DNA of 64,000 nucleotides from Eledone cirrhosa. Its lineage: Eukaryota. How positions within the stretch are numbered: the stretch's first letter is position 1; each line of letters opens with the position of its first letter. Location of the stretch: the NCBI GenBank assembly GCA_964016885.1, contig OZ024740.1, forward strand, positions 382,540,001 to 382,604,000, in the 5' to 3' direction. Below the pieces are notes generated by a model that ran no database searches, was not told where the DNA came from, and saw only the letters and a list, made by a program, of their open reading frames with translations. Positions 1 through 13,406 of this stretch are shown in pieces. The position numbers and the translations under genes are program-made.

Positions 1-450
1 TGTGGCATGCTACTTAATTAGATAAGTGATTTATGTTCATATTGTATTAATCATTTTGGATTTTATTAACTTTGATGATTCCAGTGGTTTGTGCTAACTA
101 TTAGCAAATTGCTAAATAAAATAATTTGCTTTCGGTAGTATATGTCTATTCGACATCAGACAATTACAGTGTTACATGGCTTCATAATAAAATTACGTAT
201 TATTTTGTATTTACGTATTCTATTTTGATAAATTAATGTGCTGTGCTGTGCACACATAACTAATTATTGCTTAGTTGGGTTATCAGTTATTCGTCAGAGA
301 ATTGTAGTGTTCTTTGATAGCGTGAGTGATTACATGAGTACTTGTATTTCTTATATATATATATATATATATACTTTTTTATACACTTATTATTTTATAC
401 ACTCACAAACACACTCTTTCACACACACGAACACTTACATAAACAGACAG

Positions 451-561
<111 letters not shown>

Positions 562-635
562 CACGTATACACGCACACTCACACCCACAAATGCATTATA
601 TATATATATATTTGTATGTGTAGCATTTGCTGATT

Positions 636-682
636 TCTAATGTTTCTATTGATTGTATCCTTTTCTTTCGTTTCAGGTAAGT
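636..682 (+). promoter_or_regulatory. Candidate recursive splice site (3' splice site directly followed by a 5' splice site)
   Basis: TCTAAT branch-like motif at about 636-641, pyrimidine tract CCTTTTCTTTCGTTT, then CAG|GTAAGT at 674-682. Confidence 0.5.
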
Positions 683-870
683 AGCTCTAATGCTTTGATG
701 TCAGTCTGGAGGTTAATATCAGCATTGTTGTCAGGTAAAATCAATATATAAATTTTCGTAATGTAGGACAGACCTCTATGTTTTTCTGTTTCTACACAAA
801 ATGAGATTCCTGAAGATTTCTTATAATTGCGGATTGCTAAGTGGTATAAAACTGATGTGAATATGCACAC

Positions 871-950
<80 letters not shown>

Positions 951-1436
951 TTCTATCAGTGGCGACTTTAGCTCATTCCTGTAACTTGAGCTAAGCATAA
1001 TATTTTTACAAAATCTAGTAAACAAACATTTAAGCACCTAATTAATATATAGTCAAACTATATTTCAACCAATATATTTTTGTTCCCGCCTTGAATATTT
1101 GTTCCTCGATAATCGGGCATTATATAATGACCGATTTCATTACGAAAATATATTTTAAAAACTAATCCGAAGCAATATTTGTGAACCTCTCCATTGCATC
1201 CACATGAACCAGAAGATAATATCTGCAGATGGAACCCAACAATTAATTTAGATATATTGAAATACTTGGAAACAATATATGTCCTATTGGACATTACTAA
1301 AGTTTATTGACCCCGTTCAGAATATTTCATATAACTTTCTGAATAATGCATATTTATGTGTCCGGCGTAGATCAAAATCGTGGCATTGAAATAAAAGACA
1401 AAATAAATATAAAGACAAAAGACAAAATAAATATAA

Positions 1437-1620
1437 ATCATGCTTTGCAGCATAGAGTTACGGCACTTTATGATCTGAGTTCAAATCCCACTGAGGTTAA
1501 CGTTGCCTGTCATCATGAAGGGGTCGATAAAATAAAGTACCAGGCACACACTGGGATCGATTTAATCGACTTTTCCCTCCCCCAAAATTGCTGGCCTGGT
1601 GCCTATATAAGAAACCATTA
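1437..1620 (+). mobile_element. tRNA-derived SINE with Nin/Deu-like central domain
   Basis: B-box GAGTTCAAATCCC then GAGGTTAAC..GCC..TCATC..GGGGTCGATAAAATAAAGTACCAG; same family at 2138-2193(-), 16503-16690(-), 19017-19121(+), 44043-44228(-), 48555-48755(+), 62302-62414(-). Confidence 0.75.
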
Positions 1621-2045
1621 GTACGGAAGTTATGGCAAATCTAGCCGAGTGGACGGCAGTCAATTTCAGTTATACCAACTATAAAGAAACACAGATCAAG
1701 TAAACTCTAATTATATAGTAAAAAAGCAAGACAGGAGGATAGAGGAAAATAGGCCTGGAGTCGTAATATCTATTATATGAGGTTTTCAATTAAATCCGCA
1801 TACAATAATAGATTGCGTGATAGTGAGTAATATTACACTACAATAGGTGACACCTGTTTGAGCATGGTATCTTTTCCGTGAATTAAATGTGTGTATTTAA
1901 CAGCGACATACTATTTTACTCTTTTACTCTTTTAGCTGTCCCAGCCATCCGGCTGAGGCCATGGTGGGGCACCGCCCTTGACATATGAATGTTATTGGCG
2001 TAATATGCCAAATATTTATTTAAAAAAATTATATTTATGACAAAC

Positions 2046-2085
<40 letters not shown>

Positions 2086-2331
2086 TGCAAAATATAATAA
2101 AAATATATATAAGAGAAAAATACGAGGAATTAAGAAATCATTGTTTCTACTTTAGGCACAAGGCCAGCAATTACCCAGTGCATTACTGGTACTTAATGAA
2201 TATAACACCGACATATAACTGTTATTGGCATAGTATGAAAAATGCCTATTCTAAAAGTTGTATATTAATTACAAACAATTATATATATATATATATATAT
2301 ATATAGATATATAGATATATATATATGTATA

Positions 2332-2401
<70 letters not shown>

Positions 2402-2402
<1 letters not shown>

Positions 2403-3680
2403 TAGCAGTAAAGCCCGGCGTTGCTCGGGGTCGCTCAGTAGCTGTGTTAAAGTTACAATGTTAAGTTTCTTTTTTGGCTTAAAAACTGTAGTGTCTACTG
2501 TGCAGACTTGCATGTGGTGTTTTTGATTAATATTCCCTCAACCAACAATATGCCTTATGAAGTTGAGAAAACATAACGATAACCCGAATTAAAGTAAATT
2601 CAGCCTTATAAGACCGTAAAATTAATTTAAACGTTTAATAGGGAAAGTTTGCTAACCGTCGTAATAAAAAAATAAATATCAATAACTTACGAAGTAATGA
2701 ACTCGCCGAACTTTTAAAGCGTTGTAGCATACAAAGGCAGTACAGTGCAAATGAAGCTATTAAACAAACTGGAGATTCCAATTCACTCTACTAAAGATTT
2801 ACTTAATCGTCTGCACATTCTCTAATCGTCTGCTCATTCCATAAAAGGGAAATAATCGCCTATATGACCTCTCTGCATGACTGTCTGTCTGCACGCCTAT
2901 ATCACCTCTCTGCATGACTGTCTGTCTGCACGCCTATATCACCTCTCTGCACGACTGTCTGTCTGCACGCGTATATCACCTCTCTGCACGACTGTCTGTC
3001 TGCACGACTGTCTGTCTGCACGCCTAACGAAATTTACAGATACATATATTTTAAATAAACTTATATAATTTTTGCTTTTTTTTACGAAATATTTGCTTGT
3101 TTTACGTAGTCTTTAAATAGACTTGTTTTCAAGTAAAAATATTGTTTTAAAAGGCTTTTAAATGGAAATGAAGCAAAACGGAATCTTAGTGTTCGAACTG
3201 ATGAATTTTGCAGGTCAAAATTTTGCTGGCTCGACAACTGTTCGTGTATTGTGTTAATGTCATTTTAAACGCTGAGAAAGCCAGCGTAATTTTTTTAATT
3301 TTTGCCAACGTAATTTTTTTAATTTTTGCACGCAGAAAATGTAAACAGAACGTAAGACGCTACGCTGAATGTAAACAGAACAAAGGGAAATCATTTTTTT
3401 AATTTTTGCACGCAGAAAATGTAAAGAGAACGTAAGACGCTACGCTGAATGTAAACAGAACAAAGGGAAATAACTCATCACTTACGCTCAAAAATCGATA
3501 CATTATATTCGATTTCGTCAGATAGGGCGGGTCAATTTGAAATATTTTTTTTCCGATGTCTTCGCTAGGGCTCAATGTACAAGTATAGCAATTTCGGTGC
3601 AATTCCGTGAGAGATTCTAAGAGGAGATGTGTGCCAAAAATCGATAGACAGACAGACAACCTCAGTTTTATATATATAGA
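2402..3680 (-). mobile_element. Non-autonomous Helitron
   Basis: Minus strand starts A|TC (TCTATATATATAAAACTGAGG) and ends CTAG|T, with subterminal hairpin CCCGAGCAACGCCGGG; no TSD; inserted in (TA)n. Confidence 0.8.
2857..3025. repeat. Minisatellite inside the Helitron (about 37-bp unit)
   Basis: Tandem CGCCTATATCACCTCTCTGCA(T/C)GACTGTCTGTCTGCA; a second tandem duplication at about 3310-3470. Confidence 0.85.
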
Positions 3681-3681
3681 T

Positions 3682-3726
<45 letters not shown>

Positions 3727-3730
<4 letters not shown>

Positions 3731-4182
3731 AGTTATTCGGGGTTGAATCGGAGGTAACCACAGTAAGTAAGGTATTCAATACGTAACAGAGTATAACAGT
3801 TTTAATATAGATGAGATTCTACAGGACTAGATCTGTTTCATTCTTGAGAAATCATCAGGAATCTGACTGTCCAAATAAATGTGGTGGTAGGAGAGGGTGA
3901 GGAGTGGGATGCGTGGAGGTGATTGGTTGAAAGAAAAGGGGTTTCATTAAAAGCTAATTCTTTAAAGCTATAATTTATATTTAGAGTGACAAAGGCAGAA
4001 AGAATTTTATAAACAAGTCCAAAATGGTATGCCACTCCTTTTTTCAGTTTCTCTTAAGCCCACAATGCCTATATTTCAGTTGTCTATGAGATGGTTGGGG
4101 GTCAGTTATGGTTGATGGGTTTAAGGAAAAGGGAAATTCTTTCAAACCTAATTTTTTAAAGTTCTTCTTCGACTGACAAAGG

Positions 4183-4250
<68 letters not shown>

Positions 4251-4400
4251 GAGGTTATATTTGATTTGTGGGGATTCAACAAGCTTAAACATGTTACAAC
4301 TTATATAAAGCACTCAACAGTATGTGGAGTAAATATTCCATAAATGGAAACTATATTTATAAAACCATAATTATTTTATTATATATATTTCAAGGGCAAC
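3727..4400 (-). mobile_element. PLE pseudo-LTR/3' fragment, interrupted by (TA)n
   Basis: Homologous in inverted orientation to 7860-8330; carries an HHR; flanked by (TA)n. Confidence 0.6.
3815..3863 (-). ncRNA. Type I hammerhead ribozyme
   Basis: gattc CTGATGA tttctcaagaat GAAA cagatctagtcctg TA gaatc; stem I gattc/gaatc, GUA site. Confidence 0.85.
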
Positions 4401-4413
4401 CGATATATTATAT

Positions 4414-4483
<70 letters not shown>

Positions 4484-4557
4484 TGTATGTGTGTGTATGT
4501 GTATGTGTCTATGTATATGTATATATATATATATGTATATATGTATATATATATATA

Positions 4558-5193
4558 AACGGAAAAAATGAAACGAAATTTCATTTCTCAATCTCAGCAC
4601 GGCTGCTACTTAAATATAAGTATGTATACGTACATACATATATGTATACAGACACACAGTAGTATGTATATATATATACATACATGCACACATATATACA
4701 TATATATGTACCTATGGATTCACCGAATATTTATTATAATGCTCGGTGTGTTTGTAAACAAACATGCCGAATTAAGCCGTACGATGTCTAGCAAGCAACC
4801 ATCGTTGCTCATTTGTTCAACACTGACAAAGGAACGCTGTACTAGTTTCAAGCCTATTAACAACGCACACCTTCCTGCCAGATGGTTGAACGTCTGAAAG
4901 TATATACTTTCCTTATGCATATCAACGGCTGGACAGCCTAATTTGCATATCGAGTGAGTTAATCGGCCGGGGTACCGAAAACGGTAAACGGAAAAAAATG
5001 AAACGAAATTTCATTTCTCACTCTCAGCACGGCTGATACTTAAATATTAGTATGTATACGTACATACATATATGTATACAGACGCACAGTAGCATGTATA
5101 TATATATATACATACATGCACATATATATATATATGTACGTATGGATTCACCGAACATTTATTATAATGCTCGATGTGTTTGTAAACAAACAT
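4558..5193 (+). mobile_element. Non-coding 429-nt unit plus partial tandem copy, with degenerate HHR at the junction
   Basis: 4558-4765 repeated at 4987-5193; GAAAACGGTA^AACGG at 4977-4991. Confidence 0.6.
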
Positions 5194-5210
5194 CCCGTGG
5201 AAACAAACAT

Positions 5211-5540
5211 CAGTGTTGCTATTATGTTTCCTCCCGTTGTATTGTATGCTTACGCCAGAAAGATGGCGTAAGCATACAATGCAACGGGAGGAAACATAAT
5301 AGCAACACTGCCGATGTTGCAGATGTGCAATGAAAGCACTTTGATAGACTATATATATGTGTTTGTGTCTATATTGTATCTGTATTTTTGACCGTTGATC
5401 GGTCAATGGCAACATTGAGGACTGAATAAATTAAATTAACCGATATAAAAGTCACAGAAGCGAAAACCAACCAAAGATTGTGTTCTGTTATTAATTCTGG
5501 CAATATTACACAAATATGACCCTCCCCAAGTATAACAATA
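5211..5540 (+). mobile_element. PLE pLTR module with 5' fold-back and degenerate HHR
   Basis: Palindrome 5211-5310; CTGCCGA-tgttgcagatgtgcaat-GAAAgcactt; homologous to 11390-12030 and 36781-37937. Confidence 0.65.
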
Positions 5541-5585
5541 AATATATATATGTATATATATATGTATATATATATGTATATATAT

Positions 5586-5648
<63 letters not shown>

Positions 5649-5650
<2 letters not shown>

Positions 5651-5826
5651 AACCAGTAAGACCCCGACGGCTGAGCTCAAGCCGTTTCGACGGCTAACTT
5701 AGCCGTCGAAACGGCTTGAGCTCAGCCGTCGGGGTCTTACTGGTTCCTATTACCCACTCTACTTCCCCAAGTATTGAGTACTTTGTTGCGTTATGGTCCA
5801 CCTTGTTCCTTACCACATTTCCTTCG

Positions 5827-5830
<4 letters not shown>
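5649..5830 (+). mobile_element. PLE pLTR 3' fragment with fold-back, containing the 3' half of an HHR
   Basis: Palindrome 5649-5750; GAAACGGCT-tgagctc-AGCCGTC^ggggtc; family also at 15830-15980, 28570-28760, 30850-30960, 38059-38250. Confidence 0.7.
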
Positions 5831-5892
<62 letters not shown>

Positions 5893-6299
5893 TTAAAAGA
5901 ATAGAGGTGTAACACACAAGTTATGATGTATTGGTAAACGGAACAGAAAATGCTGACAAATTGTTCACAGCGAAAAATAGTTTAATTAGGAATAAGTCGT
6001 AATTAGTAATAGTATTGGTTAGTATTAAGTTTTGGTTTTAAGTTTTACCGGTTGCGCATTTCTAATGCTTTTCAAAAATAATTTTGAGATAGAGCGTCCG
6101 TGATGTTTGCTCTGATCTGGTTAGTTTTGGGAATTCTACCTGTTTTTATGTTAAAAAAGTGGATCCAGCGGTATTAAAATAAGTTTTGCGTCAATTCGTG
6201 TTGCTAAAATTCTTGTGGTCAAAACAATTTTGATTGTTCGGTAGAGGTCATGTGAATGTAAAAAATTGATTTTGCGCCAAATGTAGGTTTGTGTCGGCT

Positions 6300-6912
6300 G
6301 ACTGAGAGATAAGTCTTTCACAACGCTTGCGAAACCCACCGCCTCAGCAACTTCATTGATACCCTTCTCAAGCCTTTTCTCAAACACATCAAAAGGGACG
6401 ACCTAGATATGCTCAATCACCTCCCTAATATGCCACTTTCTGAACAAACCCTACTAGTGACGTCCGATGTAGTCAACCTATACTCCAACATCCCCCACAA
6501 CCTAGGAATAGAAGCTATCCAATTCTGGCTTGATAATTACACAATGAACCCCCACAACGCATCAAAAAAGAATTCGTGATAGAGGGACTCAAATCTATCT
6601 TGGAGAACAATTACTTCGTTTTCAATAACAAACTCTACAGGCAGAAATCTGGGACCGCTATGGAAACGAAAACAGCCCCCACTTATGCCAACCTAGTCAT
6701 GGGATACCTGGAAATCACCCTCTACACTAAAGTCCTAAACAAATTTGGAAACACTCTCCACTTACACATAGAAAGGAACTGGAAGCGATATCTAGATGAT
6801 TGCTTCATCCTTTGGCACGAAAACATCGAGAAACTTAAATAATTTCACACCCTTATAAATGGGCTCAACACGAATATTAACTTTACGATGGAATACAGCT
6901 ATCAACAACTCC
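6300..6912 (+). pseudogene. PLE reverse transcriptase fragment
   Basis: ILENNYFVFNNKLYRQKSGTAMETKTAPTYANLVMGYLE...WKRYLDDCF; frameshifted. Confidence 0.9.
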
Positions 6913-6916
6913 CCAT

Positions 6917-6949
<33 letters not shown>

Positions 6950-7132
6950 CACACACACATACACATGCGTACATCAACATACAAAGAGACTTATATATAC
7001 ACACACACACACACACACGCACTTCTCCGTATAAGACAAAAGCTGAAAAATATCTTTTGACATGCTAAAATACCCCCCATTGCTTTCAGACACATTCTTA
7101 CTGACCATCCCTGCCACCACAAATTACTCTGC

Positions 7133-7187
<55 letters not shown>

Positions 7188-7281
7188 ATCTTAATAGCCA
7201 TTTGACACACATCGCTGCTAACCATTATCACAACATCGAACACCTTACTACTACTACTACACACACACACACACACGCACA

Positions 7282-7320
<39 letters not shown>

Positions 7321-7516
7321 TTGTTGTGAAAGAGTCATTTCTCAATCTCGGTGCAAAACCAATTTTTTATTCACATGACCTCTACCGACCAATCAAAATT
7401 GTTTTGACCACAAGAATTTTTGCAAATTGGAGCCACTTTTTTAACATAAAAACAGGTAGAATTCCCAAAACTAATCAGATCAGAGCAAACAGCACGGACA
7501 CTCTATCTCAAAATTA

Positions 7517-7553
7517 TTTTTGAAAAGCAATTAGAAATGCGCAACCGGTAAAA
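7517..7553 (+). ncRNA. Degenerate HHR-like motif (U3-A8 core, GCAA in place of GAAA)
   Basis: ttt TTGAAAA gcaattagaaatgc GCAA ccgg TA aaa; copies at about 6038-6077(-) and 14592-14628(+). Confidence 0.5.
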
Positions 7554-7671
7554 ACTTAAAAACTTAAAACCACAACTGAATACTAACCCATACAATCACT
7601 AATACTCTTTTATTCCTAATTAAACCATTTTTCAACTGTGAACAATTTGTCAGCATTTTCTATTCCGTTTA

Positions 7672-7776
<105 letters not shown>

Positions 7777-8261
7777 GTGTATGTGTATATGTGTTTGTAT
7801 ATGTTTGTATATGTGTGTATTTATATATGTGCTTGTGTGTATGTGAATGTGTATGTGAAGTGTCTAAATATTTGAACTTGTTTATAGAATTCTCTCTTCC
7901 TTTGTCAGTCTAAGTAGAGCTTTAAAGAATTAGCTTTTAAAGAATTTCCCTTTTCTTTAGACCCATCAACCATGACTGACCCCCAACCTTCTTATAGACA
8001 CCTGACATATAGACATTGTTGGCTTAAGAGAAACTTAAAAATAAGGAATGGCACCCCAATTTGATATTGTTAATAGAATTATTTCTGCCTTTGTCACACT
8101 AAATATAAATTATAGCCTTTGTGAGTCTAAGTAGAGATTTAAAGAATTAGCTTTTAATGAATCCCCTTTTCTGTCAACCAATCACCTTCACCCATCCCAC
8201 TCCCCACCCTCTCCAACAACCAGAAAAGATATAAACACCACCATATTTATTTGGACAGTCA

Positions 8262-8310
8262 GATTCCTGATGATTTCTCAAGATTGAAACACTTCTAGTC
8301 CTGTAGAATC
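8262..8310 (+). ncRNA. Type I hammerhead ribozyme
   Basis: gattc CTGATGA tttctcaagatt GAAA cacttctagtcctg TA gaatc. Confidence 0.75.
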
Positions 8311-8323
8311 TCATCTATATTAA

Positions 8324-8361
<38 letters not shown>

Positions 8362-8493
8362 GTAGAACACTGGAAGGTAATATCCGTAGTGGTAGAGCAC
8401 TCAGTCCATGGGATGAGTTAGCTAGAAGTGGTTACACAACAATTAGCTAGTGCGTGTGTTTCTTATTGGCAACACGAGCCTCCCAAAGTATAG

Positions 8494-8569
<76 letters not shown>

Positions 8570-8624
8570 ATATATATATATATGTATATATTAATATTTA
8601 TATATATTTATATATATGTATATG

Positions 8625-8721
<97 letters not shown>

Positions 8722-8910
8722 TATATATATACATATAGATATATAGATAGATAAATATACACGGGTGTGTATGATTGTGTATAGAAGATTATATTAATAA
8801 AAGGAATTCCAACTTTGTCTGATTTACTCGTTTTATTTACAATCCTTTAAAATTTATAATGGTATTATAATGAAATAGTATGATAGAATATTAAATGTTA
8901 AGTGTTAATT

Positions 8911-8947
8911 GAACAAGTACTTTCATGCTTTCGCAATCTTCAGGTTC
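8911..8947 (-). ncRNA. Minimal type I hammerhead ribozyme
   Basis: gaac CTGAAGA t-tgc-gaaa-gca-t GAAA gtac TT gttc; palindromic stem III AGTACT. Confidence 0.85.
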
Positions 8948-9297
8948 ATAATGTGTGGTGACAGTCAAGTTTGCAATTTTCAACTGTAATGAGATGGGTA
9001 AATTTTGTACCTTATATACAGCGAAAAGTGGCTCCAGAATGCTAAATCTTGCAAACTGTATTTCGACCAATCGGTGTGTAGTTTCACTGAATTACTAAAG
9101 CTGATTGGTTTAGGCGTCACAGTTGGTTGGGCATGTCTAACGACCACTAATTGATCCTATCCAAAGCATTGCTATTTTTAGAAATGATGAAAATAGCATT
9201 TTCTAGTAATCATCACTATCAACATCACTTTTATTATTATTATTGTTGTTGTTAGTGGTCGTAGTCGACATGGTCGTATTCATAGTTATTATCATTA

Positions 9298-11140
9298 TTA
9301 TTGTTCATTTAGCTTGGGTTTGAATTTATCAATAAAATTCTTTTCTTTGATTTTTCTCTTGATTTCACTTGGGCTGTGTAATTTGTAGAATGGGAATATT
9401 ATAAATATTACCTGACCACATGTTGCTAGATGGTTACTTAGGGGTAACTGACGGACATTTGGGTCTCTGATTTGCTGACGGTGTACCCGTGCACGTTCCG
9501 ATAGTGCATTTCCAGTTTGACCGACATATAGTTCTTCACAATTCGGGAATTTAATGCAGTAAATTAGATTTCTGCTTTTGCAGTTCATATTTGCATTTGG
9601 GAATATTTTTCCAGTTTTTGTTTTCATATATTGACCGGCGTCTATGGATTGACATGTGCCGCATCGACTATCATTGCATTTAGATACAGTGAATGATTGG
9701 TCTGTGTTGTTAAGGTCAAACTTTGCTTTTGTTAGTAATTGCTTCAAATTTTGGGGCTGTCTTTTACTAAGAGTCAAAGATCAATCTGTGATTAAGCCTT
9801 TTAATTCATTACTTTGAGCAATGATCGGTAGGTTTTCTTTGGCAGTGTTGAAGATATTCTGGTGACATGGGTTGTGTGTCATTATAAATGGTATGACCAG
9901 TTCTTGGTTTCTTCTTCCTTGAGTTGTCCTAAGTTGTTGTATAGGTATTTTTTATAGCTCGCTGTATGCCATTTTCTATAAGTAGAGATGGGTTTTTTTG
10001 TTTGAGCAAAAATTCTCTTATTTCTGTTAGGCGTTTGTACCTGGTATTCGTATCTTCTACAATGGTACAAATTCTTCTGGCTAGGAAGTATGGGATGTTG
10101 CGTTTTGTATGAGGTGGATGGCACGACAGATATTGATGGGTGTCTGTGTGTTTATAATATATATCCGTGGTAATGGTGGTGTCGTGTTTGATTATCATTA
10201 TATCTAGAAATGGTAATTTGGTCCTACTCATCTATTTTGTGAATTGAAGAGATGGGTGTAGGTTATTCAGGAGGATATTGAACTCATCCAGAGTATCTAG
10301 AGGTTCTGTCCAGATGATGAAACAGTCGTCAAGGTATCTTTTCCAAGAATTTTCAATGTACTTTCTAAAGTCAGTACTATATGTTTCCTCTATTTCTTGG
10401 TAGAGTTGTTGTTCTAAGTATCCCATTACAGAGTTCGCATAAACGGGAGCAAACTTCGTTCCCATCGCTGTGCCTCTAATTTGGATGTAATTCTTTCCAT
10501 TGAAGAAGAAAGTGTTGTTTTCCAGAATATGTTTAACTGCGTCTAATATAAATGGCGCTGTGAATCTGATGGGAATCACTTCTCTATGTTTTTCCATCCA
10601 GTATTTAACCGCCTTTATTCCTAAATCATGTGTAATGTTGGTGTAAAGGCTTACCACATCAAAACTAAGTAGAAGTGAATTCATTTCCGTGGTTTTGGGA
10701 AGATGGGACAGAAGTCGATATCATCCCGGATGAAACTGGGTATGTGAATACATAGTCGTTTCAAAATACTGTCAACAAAATTGCTTAGACTGTGGTGGGG
10801 CATGTTGGACCAGCTATAATAGGTCTAAGTTTTAAGTCTTTTGGGTGTAGTAATTTAATGTACTCACTGTTTTGTTCTCTTACTGCCAGTTGTATTTCTT
10901 TTGACTTGTGAACTTTCGGTAGGCCATACAGGTTGCTGGGTTTTGGCTCAAAATTGGTGATGTAGTCTCTTTCCTTATCAAGTCAGTTGTGGTATTTTGA
11001 AGCCAGGTTGTTGATCTTCTTCATGATGTTGTGGTCTATATTTGACGGTATTTCATGATAGAATGTTGTGTCTTTCAGTTGTTCCTCAACCAAATCATTG
11101 TAGTATTCAGCATCCATTATGATAACTGCACCCCCTTTAT
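9298..11140 (-). pseudogene. PLE RT/GIY-YIG polyprotein, frameshifted
   Basis: SFDVVSLYTNI, GTAMGTKFAPVYAN, RYLDDCF, LPFLDI, YYKHTD; CNDSRCGTC linker; NLIYCI..LYVGQTG. Confidence 0.92.
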
Positions 11141-11163
11141 CTGCTTGTTTAATTATTATTGTT

Positions 11164-11226
<63 letters not shown>

Positions 11227-11389
11227 ATATGTATATATATATATATGTATATATATATATTTATATATATTTATATATATGTATATGTATATATATATAC
11301 ATATATGTATATATATATATATATTTATATATATATGTATATGTATGTATATATATATATGTACATATATATATATATATAACGGCGAT

Positions 11390-12030
11390 TAATTAGTTTT
11401 GCGAGGTTTTTTAGAAGGCCAAGACTAAACAGAAAGAATGAATGGAATACCAACAACACCCAAGCAAACAACACTGACCTAAGAGAAGTATAAATAAATA
11501 AATAAATATATAAATAAATAGATAAATAAATAAATAAATAAATACATACACAAGCACAATAACAACAAACACATATAAACACACACTAGTAAACATAGAA
11601 TACATTAACCAATACACAGTCACCCAATCACGAACACACATCAAACAAAACACTATACACACACGCAAACGCATGTGCAAAGAAGACAAAATAAAATAAA
11701 CAAACAAACAAATAAATAAATAAATATATAAACATACTAAATATAGATGGCGCAGACATACAATGTAACGGGAGGAAACAATAGCACCATTGACGATGTT
11801 GCAGATGTGCAACGAAAGAACTTTGATAAACTATATATATATGTGTTTGTGTCTATATTGTATCTGTATTATTTTTGACCGTTGGCCAGTCAATGGCAAT
11901 ATTGAGGACCGAATAAATTATATTACCGATATAAAAGACACAGAAGCGAAAAGCAAAAAAACAACCAAACAGTGTGTTCTGTTATTAATTCTGGCAATAT
12001 TACACAAATATGAGCCTCCCCAAGTGATAC
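11390..12030 (+). mobile_element. PLE pLTR module with HHR-like motif at 11786-11827
   Basis: acca TTGACGA t-gttgca-gatg-tgcaac GAAA gaac TT tgat; homologous to 37360-37937. Confidence 0.7.
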
Positions 12031-12075
12031 CTCAATGGGACACGGGTATACAATACCTAACTCCTATTAACCTAA

Positions 12076-12136
<61 letters not shown>

Positions 12137-12405
12137 AGAGTATTGAAGTTTGCTTGAAGCATTGTGGAATAATAGGTAAATATCTTTAAGTCGTTTGGAA
12201 GCATCGACAATGCAAATGGGTAAATCTCCGGGTAACAAGATCCGCTGGTGGAGAGAGAAATGTAACTGGGTGTACGTTGAGAGGCGTGGCGTGTATAAGA
12301 CGTCTAGAGGAATGAAGTAAAGAGTATAAAGGATAAAATTAAAATAACAACACGAGAGAGAGTTACCTTGGGAGGAATTTAATTGTCCCTATATATTTCG
12401 GATAT

Positions 12406-12855
12406 GGTTGGTTCGTTCCACAACCAGATGGTTGTTTATATATAGTGAAAGTTCTTTCGTCACACATTATGTGACCTCTTCAGTGACTGGGGATTATTTT
12501 CTTTGATTTTTGTGCCTCTCCTTTGTTCTGTCCTACGCCAACAAGATGGCGTAGGACAGAACAAAGGAGGGGCACAAAAAACAAAGAAAAGGATCCCAGT
12601 CACTGAAGAGGTCATATGATGTGTGACGAAAGAACTTTCACAATATATAAACAACCATCTGGTTGTGGAACCAACCAACCAACCAACCGGAAATTTATAA
12701 ATTCCTAAATTTATAAATGTATTATAATAAATTGAAGTGAAAGCACTGGTGCGTGTGTTTCTTATTCGCAACATGACCCTCCCAAAGTATAACAATATCG
12801 GTTTCAACACACGTTTTCAGATAAAGAATCTTGCTAAAAAAATTCAGAAACGAAA
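12406..12855 (+). mobile_element. PLE pLTR module with 5' fold-back; HHR motifs at 12444-12488(-) and 12598-12642(+)
   Basis: Palindrome centred at about 12543; agtca CTGAAGA g-gtcaca..tgtgac GAAA gaac TT tcac; another copy at 14251-14510(-). Confidence 0.75.
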
Positions 12856-13320
<465 letters not shown>

Positions 13321-13357
13321 AGATTACTGTAATCAAAGTTCAGTTTAAGTGATTTAT

Positions 13358-13406
13358 TTGCTTACAATTGTTTCCTCCAAACCGAGGTTTGGATTCTTCG
13401 GAGCAA
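13358..13406 (-). ncRNA. Type I HHR, U4C core variant
   Basis: ttgct CCGAAGA a-tccaaac-ctcg-gtttgga-g GAAA caattg TA agcaa. Confidence 0.8.

Larger units (their letters stand above)
8770..11150 (-). mobile_element. 5'-truncated PLE, probably Neptune-like
   Basis: RT followed by C-terminal GIY-YIG with a Cys-rich linker; 3' UTR carries an HHR; (TA)n on both sides. Confidence 0.9.

Noticed and set aside
785-835. gattcCTGAAGA motif
   Set aside because: No downstream GAAA or stem partner
2857-3025. Regularly spaced repeats resembling a CRISPR array
   Set aside because: Head-to-tail tandem units with no unique spacers; eukaryotic Helitron context
12145-12240. HHR-like remnant (TTGAAG cattgt..acaatg CAAA..GTA)
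   Set aside because: Too many core deviations to support
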